Positions 57,755-64,000 of a DNA stretch of 64,000 nucleotides are shown here, piece after piece; within the stretch, counting starts at the first letter, position 1; each line of letters starts with the position of its first letter. Origin of the DNA: Emiliania huxleyi CCMP1516 (lineage: Eukaryota); assembly GCF_000372725.1 (NCBI RefSeq), contig NW_005201240.1:1-64000 (forward strand). The letters are read 5' to 3'. Under the pieces are notes generated by a model. The model worked only from the letters and a program-made list of their open reading frames with translations. It ran no database searches and was not told where the DNA came from. The translations under genes were made by a program, and so were the position numbers.

Positions 57755-57794
57755 TCTTGTTGCGTCGTGGTGCTCTAACCGCCTCTATTTTGTA

Positions 57795-58161
57795 TGTGGT
57801 GACTGCCGAAGTGCAAGTCCGTCTGGAGGCCGGCGGCGGTGATGACCGAGCCAGTCTCAGGGTTGGGGCGAGGGACGAAGTCCGCCCGGAGGCCGGCGAC
57901 GCTGCCAAAAATGTAGGGGACGACGACCGAGCCAGGCTCAGGGCTGATCCCATCGTCGTACGGCGTCTGGGGCCGGGAGATGCGCGACTGCGGGGAGCTG
58001 TGGGAGGAGGTAGTTGGGTACCACCGACACGCGTTCCTGGCCTCTGGAAGTCAGAGCCTCTGATTGAAATTTCCACGGATGTCCGGAAACTAGAGAGGAC
58101 ACGAGAGGGTGCTGTAGGGAAGAAAAGAAACGAAACTAGGCGGGTTGGCGCCGAGGTTACA
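57795..58161. mobile_element. Probable solo LTR (367 bp)
   Basis: TGT...ACA termini with 4-bp TGTA on both sides (57791-57794, 58162-58165); internal imperfect direct repeat. Confidence 0.5.
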
Positions 58162-58221
58162 TGTATACCTTAGAGCGCGCGCGACGGGCAGAATCTCTCG
58201 GTCTCGCGCCGTCCGGCGAGC

Positions 58222-59964
58222 CTACCTAAACGGGATGGGGCCAGGAAGGTGCTGCACAGGACGCCGGTGGCAGTGGCGCACCAACCGCATCACGGCGGCT
58301 GCACGCATCGCCCCGGATGGCCCCGAGGCCACCTGCGCTCGCGCCGCTTGCACGGTCGCGGAAAGCACCTGGCAAGCTGTGTCGGCCTCCTCCTCCTCCT
58401 CATCGCTGCTCTGTGCCATTTGCCGCACCGCAGCAAGCTTGTGCCGAGCGGGAGGAGGCGGAGGAGGCGGAGGAGGCGGCGGGCTCTCCGAAGCGTTCGC
58501 CTTCGCCGGCGGCTTCCCCGCCGCCGCCCCCCGCCGCCTGGTGGCAAGCGGCCGGCCCTCCTCTGAGTCGGAGCCGGCGCCTCCCTCTGCGCCGCCCGCC
58601 CCTCCCTCGCCCCTCCCTCCCTCGCCAGCCTGCTGCGGGTCGCCTCGCGCGCGCTTCTTTGCGCGTGCGGCGAGGGGCCGCCCCTCCTCCTCGTCCGAGT
58701 CCGGCGCCGCCTCTTGGCTCGCCTCGCGGCCGGTCGAGAAGCCAGCAGCCGGAGCGGCGGGCGGAGCAGGCGGAGCAGGTGTAGCGGGCGTAGCGGGCGG
58801 AGCGGGCGGAGCGGCCGGTCGGGGGGTTGCGGTCTTCGCCGCGGGCGGGGCGGCGGCGGCGCTGCGCGGCGAGCCGGCTTGCAGGAGGAGGCGCGCCGCC
58901 GCCGCCTCCCTCCTGGCGAGGGCGAGCACCTCGCACTTGCGATGCACGCAGCCCTTCCGCTGCTCGATCGCACTCTTCGTCCCTCGGCAGGAGGCGCACA
59001 CGCCGCAGCCGGGAGAGACGCAGCCCGCGCACTCGCCACATCTCCTGCGCGGGGCCTGCCTGCGGGCCTGGCGAGTCGGCTGGGCTGCGCCATGGAGCGG
59101 CAGAGAGGGCGGCGGCCCAGACGGCGTCGGCCCTGGCGAGGCGGCGGGCGGCGGCGGCTTCGGCTGCGGCCTCGGCGGTGCTTGCGGTGGCGGGCGCGGT
59201 GAGGGGGCCGGGAGCGACCGCTCGGCTGGCCGCGACGCGACCGACGGTTGGCGAGGAGGCGGCGGCGGCGGCGGTGGCGGCGCGGCGGTCGTCTCGTCTC
59301 TCCGCACGAGGATGAGCCGGTCGAGCCAGGCCCTGCGCTTGCGCAGCGCCCCCGGCGGCAGCGAGAGGGCCACCTCCAGCTCCGCCCGCAGCGCCCGCGC
59401 CGTCAGCGACGCAAAGTCGCTCGACGGCGTGATCCGCGATCGCAGCCACCCGGCAGCCTTCGCCTCGGGCAGCCGGGCGGCGAGGTCGGCGCCGTTTGAT
59501 CCGGTGGTCCGCCAGCGCACGGAGGCGAGTGTTGCGCGCGCGCGCGCGGCGGATGCCCGGTCGGTGCCCTTGAGAGCGAGCAGGGTCGGCAGGTCGAGCC
59601 GTCGCATCAGCTGCAGCGACGCCTCCTCGCAGAGCGTCTGCCACGGGCACAGCCGGCGACGGAAGGCTGCCACTGCCGCGTCCGCACGAACGGCAGCCGC
59701 CGCCCGCTCTGCACCAGCCCGCCGCGCCGCATCGGGGTGACGCTCCGCCGAGCGCTCGTGCAGCGTTTCTTGGCCCGGTCCGCTCGGTGTCAGGTGCGGG
59801 ACGGGCTCGCGGTGGCACTCGCGGACGAACCGCATGATGGGCTCGGCTGCAGGGCCAGGAGGAGACACGAATTTGCTCGGCGGCAGCGAGGCGCGCGCCT
59901 CAAGAGGCGTGAAGCGATCGAGGATCGAGAGGAGGGGGTCATCGCGTGGCGTGGTGGGTCCCAT
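58222..59964 (-). CDS. Protein with DEK-C-like helical domain and CXXC zinc finger; intronless
   Basis: DFASLTARALRAELEVALSL...LRKRRAWLDRLI; RRRCGECAGC...CGVCASC...KGCVHRKC. Confidence 0.7.
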   Translation of the reverse strand: MGPTTPRDDPLLSILDRFTPLEARASLPPSKFVSPPGPAAEPIMRFVRECHREPVPHLTPSGPGQETLHERSAERHPDAARRAGAERAAAAVRADAAVAAFRRRLCPWQTLCEEASLQLMRRLDLPTLLALKGTDRASAARARATLASVRWRTTGSNGADLAARLPEAKAAGWLRSRITPSSDFASLTARALRAELEVALSLPPGALRKRRAWLDRLILVRRDETTAAPPPPPPPPPRQPSVASRPAERSLPAPSPRPPPQAPPRPQPKPPPPAASPGPTPSGPPPSLPLHGAAQPTRQARRQAPRRRCGECAGCVSPGCGVCASCRGTKSAIEQRKGCVHRKCEVLALARREAAAARLLLQAGSPRSAAAAPPAAKTATPRPAAPPAPPATPATPAPPAPPAAPAAGFSTGREASQEAAPDSDEEEGRPLAARAKKRARGDPQQAGEGGRGEGGAGGAEGGAGSDSEEGRPLATRRRGAAAGKPPAKANASESPPPPPPPPPPPARHKLAAVRQMAQSSDEEEEEADTACQVLSATVQAARAQVASGPSGAMRAAAVMRLVRHCHRRPVQHLPGPIPFR

Positions 59965-60009
59965 ATCGTTGCCCCTCTTCGCCGATCATGGCGCGAAATG
60001 TCGTGTTTT

Positions 60010-60804
60010 TTTTGAGGTTAGCCTTCGATGTGATGAAACAAACGCAACGCGGAAATGGCATATCGCTCTCGGGCCCACAGACATCCCGCACACCCGCCGC
60101 CCCCGCGCGCGCCCCACCCCGGCCGGGAGAAAGGGGAGTGCGACAGTTTGGGGCGGAAAGTCGAGTATTTCGCACTCCATGTGCGAGAACGCAGAGAGAA
60201 ATGAAAGCCGTCCGGCCCCCAAGTCCGGCTCACGCGCCCCGAGCTCACCGTCTACCGCACTGAACACTTTCGCCCCCTCGCTCCCAACCCATCCACCTCG
60301 CCTCGGGCCGCGCCGCGCGATCTCGGGCGATCTCGCGCTATCTCGGGCGATCTCGGGGCCGCGCCGCGCTATCTCGGGCGATCTCGGAGCGTCGCTCGCG
60401 CGGCGGCACACCTGCTCAAAAAAGGAAGGGCCCGGTTGGAGCCACGGGGCTCACGTGCTCGCTCGGTGCGCCGCCTCACTCTGCGCCATTTTTGAGGCGT
60501 TGGCGAGGGCCGGTGAGGCGGCGCCCCGCGCGGCGCGTTCATCGCCCTCCACGCCGACCCCTGCGCGCACCGCTCATCTTGGCCCTCCTGGGGTTACTCT
60601 CGCGCTCGCGCAGGACCCGGGGGACTCCCTTCCCCCCACCTCCGACGGGTTAGGTCGGTTCTGCGCCCCTTGGCGCCTGTGCATGTCCCGCGTGCCCGCT
60701 TTTTTTGAGCTGCCGGGTAGCCTTCGAGTTAGGAAACAAAGCAAGGACACGTATGGCATATCGCTCTCGGGCCCACAGACATCCCGCACACCCGCCGCCC
60801 CCGC
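60010..60804. repeat. Two direct copies of a ~95-bp unit with an identical 52-bp core
   Basis: atggcatatcgctctcgggcccacagacatcccgcacacccgccgcccccgc at 60055-60106 and 60753-60804. Confidence 0.85.
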
Positions 60805-61609
60805 TTTTTCCACGCCCCCGCCTCCCCCGGGGGCGCGGTGAACACGCTTTGCTGCGAAAAGGCGCTGCATGCAGTGGTGGTGGTGCGTGCCCGATTAATT
60901 ACTCCGGGCACGAAGGGGGGGCGGTGCAGGTGACTCGTCCGTCAAGGGGCCGAGCTAGGGAGCGCGCTACGCATTGTGGAGAGAGAGACAGAGAGAGATT
61001 ATCATTGTTGTGTATGACTGTATCGAATTGTGGTAAGTTGTACAGGTATATATTGTTGGCAAGTCAGGAGCTCAGGACACAGACCTCACTCACATAAACG
61101 CACAACCCCGGTAGATTTTTCTCTAGTTGTGTGCAGATCGTACATATTGTTTGCGCCCGTTATATGACGGCTTTTTAGTTAAAGCCGTACGTGGCGGGTT
61201 ATAGCGGATCAGGTTTCCGTTTCACAGCGGCGTATCACCCACTTCTGAGGTGCGGACCCATCGACCCAAGGAGACACGGCCGACACAAAAATATATGGCC
61301 GAAATGCGCAATCTCGGGCTCGAGCTCTTCGCCCGATGCATGCTGCCTCGCGCCTCCGCGTCTCGCGCCTCCGCGCCCCATCTGACCAGCAATCTGACTC
61401 ACTCTCTCCAGCCACAGTCGGCCCCGCGGCTCCGATCCGCCCGTCCCCGCCGCCCGCACCCCAGACAACATCACTCGGCCCCTCTCTGAGACAGCACACA
61501 ATCGCACGCACGTTGATCATCTGTCGAGACTCGAGACTGGGCGCGACACGCGCCCTCCGGCGCCACGCCGACGCCGAGCCGAGGCAGAGCCGAGGCAGAG
61601 CCGTCGGCA

Positions 61610-64000
61610 TCACTCGGCCCCCGCGATGGGCGCCGCCGCCGGCGGCGGCGTCGCCGGCGGCTGCTTGAAGGGGCGCAGCGTCGTCCGCCAAGTGTAGGCC
61701 CCGTCCGGCACGAGGTACTCTGGCCACACCGACCGCCCCCACCCAATATCACCGCCGACGCCCATCATGCGGTGGTCGACGCAGAGCGTCGCGTGCGCCT
61801 CCGGCTCGAGGTCGGAGGGGTGGGCCGCCGCGTCGATCGCCTGCGCGCCGTGCGGCAGCGCCGACCACCCGAACGGCTCCTCGCTCGAGACGGCGAGCCC
61901 GCGCCCTCCTGGCGCAGACAGCACCAGCCAAGTCGTGCCGCCGCGGTGGCCGCACTCGGACGGGACGACGTACGGCGTGAAGAGCTCGGCGGACGTCGCG
62001 CTGTGCATGCCGAACCGCGCGCCGGCCGCCCGGTCGGGGTAGTTCTCGTGCGGCCCCTGGCCGAGCCAGCGCACCGAGCCGAGCAGGTCGGGCGCCTGTG
62101 GAATCAAACGCGCGTGGCTCACCGACTGACTCACCTCTCGCACCGAGCCTCGGCAGGTCGGGCGCCGCGGCAAAGCGCAGGCCGATTCGCGGGAGAGAGA
62201 ACTCGGGCGCGCAGAGCGGCATCCCGGACGCCCTTGTCACCTTTGCCGTCGTGTCGAGGGCGACAGAGCCGTCGGCTGAGACGGTGACGAGCAGCTCGTG
62301 CTTCGCGCGCGTCCTTCCCTTTGGCGTGCGCAGGTCGCACTTGCAGCGGATGACGACGCGCTCCGCCGCCGCCTCGACGAGCTGCACCGCGACTGCCTCG
62401 CGCGAGAGGCTGTCGAGGGAGTGGTGCTTCCAGATGTACGCCCACGACTGCACTGCGCCCACGCCCAGCCAGCGGAGGAAGGGGCCGACCTAGGAAGTGT
62501 CTAGGAAGTGTGTAGGAAGTGTCTAGGAAGTGTCAGCCAGCGGAGGAAGGGGCCGACCGTCGAGTAGAAGGGCCGCAGGTAGAGCGGCTGCAGCGTCGCC
62601 CAGCCGAGCTGCGGCTTCGGCTTCGACCACGAGGCGGACGAGACGAACTGCGCGAGCCACTCCTTCCGGTCCGACGTCACGGCCGGCATGCCAGGCGTCG
62701 CGCCGTTGTCGTTGTCCGTCGGCGCGCGCCAAAGGTTGAGCGCCGCCGAGCCGGCGGCGAGCAGCGACTCGCCGTTGATCGCGAGCGAGCGGAGCGTCCC
62801 GGTCGTCTTGCAGACGACGACGCTGAAGGCGCCCTCGGCGCCGCTGCCCGACACCTGGATGGCGTCGGCGAGATGTGGGGAGATGTGGGGAGATGTGGGG
62901 AGATATGGGGAGATCACACCTCGATGGCGTCGGCGAGGTCGGAGCACTTGAGAGGCGCGGCCGCCGGCGACTCCAGCGCGGCGGCGGCGCGGGCGGGCGG
63001 CGCCTGCGAGGCGAGCTGCATATCTCGGCTCCTCCTCGGCTAATCCGCTCCTCGGGCGGGCGGCGCCTGCGAGGCGAGCTGCTCGCCGAGCGCGGCGGCG
63101 TCGATGTGCAGCTGGACGGCGGCGACCTCGTGGCCGGCGGCGGCCCAGGCCGACTCCTCGGAGAGCGTGAAGCAGAGGGCGAGGTAGACCTCCGACGGGC
63201 GGTACGGCGCGAGGGCGGGGTCCCAGACGACCTCGAGGTCTACCTCACACGAGTCGCGCGCGCCGACGGCCCGCCAGCCGCCGCCGCCCGACTCGAGCGG
63301 CGCCGCCTCTCCGACCTCGACGCCGCCGACCTCGAGGCCGCACCGCAGCGAGAGGTGGGCGAGGCTGGGGAGGTGGTCGTACCGCGAGCTGATCCGCACG
63401 CGGAACGCGGAGCGCCGCTTCCCCGCGGCCGGCTCGGCGGCCGGCTCGGCGGAGAGCAGCGCCACGTCGACCGGCCGGTGCACGTGCTTGACCTCGTGCA
63501 GCGCCGGGTGAGGCGTGCGGTCGGGGAAGACGAGCCCGTTGATGCAGAACTGCGCGTCGTGCTGCTTGCACTCGAAGTCGCCGCCGTAGGCCCAAAAGTG
63601 CTTGCCCGTCTTCGGGTCCGTCTGGTGCAGCCCCTGGTCCGCCCAGTCCCAGATGAAGCCGCCCTGCGCGTAGGGGAGCGAGGCGAAGAGCTCCCACCAG
63701 TCGGCGTAGTTGCCCGTCGAGTTCCCCATCGCGTGCGCAAACTCGCAAGGGATGAGCGGCCTACGGCGCGCGGTGCGGGCCGGCGGTCGGGCGAGCCGCC
63801 GCGTCCGAGGGCGGCGTGGCGCGCGAGGGGGCACTGCCGAGGCTGCTCACGCGTGCCAAGCGGGAAGCGGCGCGTCGGGGCGAACATCCACTTCGCGTTT
63901 TGGCCGGCGGCCGAGCTCCCCACCTTCTCGACGTGCTTCTTGTCGGGGTACATCGGGCAGATGATGTCGGTCGCGTCGCCGCCGCCGCACGACTCGTACT
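61610..64000 (-). CDS. GH2 beta-galactosidase (LacZ type), C-terminal part, multi-exon; continues beyond the window
   Basis: [75 protein letters not shown]. Confidence 0.93.

Noticed and set aside
58146..58156. TGGCGCCGAG resembling a tRNA primer-binding site
   Set aside because: It lies inside the putative LTR end rather than after it, and no gag/pol follows.

Overview
GC-rich, intron-containing eukaryotic genomic DNA. Many GC-AG introns filled with 10-11-nt tandem repeats, signal-peptide/plastid-type genes and an N-gap point to a haptophyte such as Emiliania (Gephyrocapsa) huxleyi; this is an inference. About 20 genes are recognisable. These include mitochondrial uS5, a CAP-Gly/RanBP2/UIM/UFD1/UBX protein, a lumenal FKBP, presenilin, a kringle/LNR membrane protein, an ARMET-like protein, a CoA-transferase/enoyl-CoA hydratase fusion, an OPR-like repeat + RAP protein, bestrophin, GT31, SAPS, zinc-knuckle-TrmY, a 2OG-Fe(II) oxygenase, Myb, VKOR, a DEK-C/CXXC protein and a GH2 beta-galactosidase. 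Mobile DNA is abundant: two non-autonomous TIR element families with 8-bp TSDs (one nested in the other), non-LTR retrotransposon fragments (APE, RNase H and RLE domains), 3'-tailed retroposon copies with 14-bp TSDs and a probable solo LTR. The most striking items are: (1) an intronless gene with nine near-identical 38-aa repeats varying at two code-like positions, fused to a RAP PD-(D/E)xK domain; (2) more than ten introns apparently built by exon-segment duplication plus filler DNA; (3) an archaeal-type TrmY methyltransferase; (4) the CoA-transferase/hydratase fusion; (5) a conserved, probably structured RNA present twice. Exon boundaries were read by eye and are approximate.
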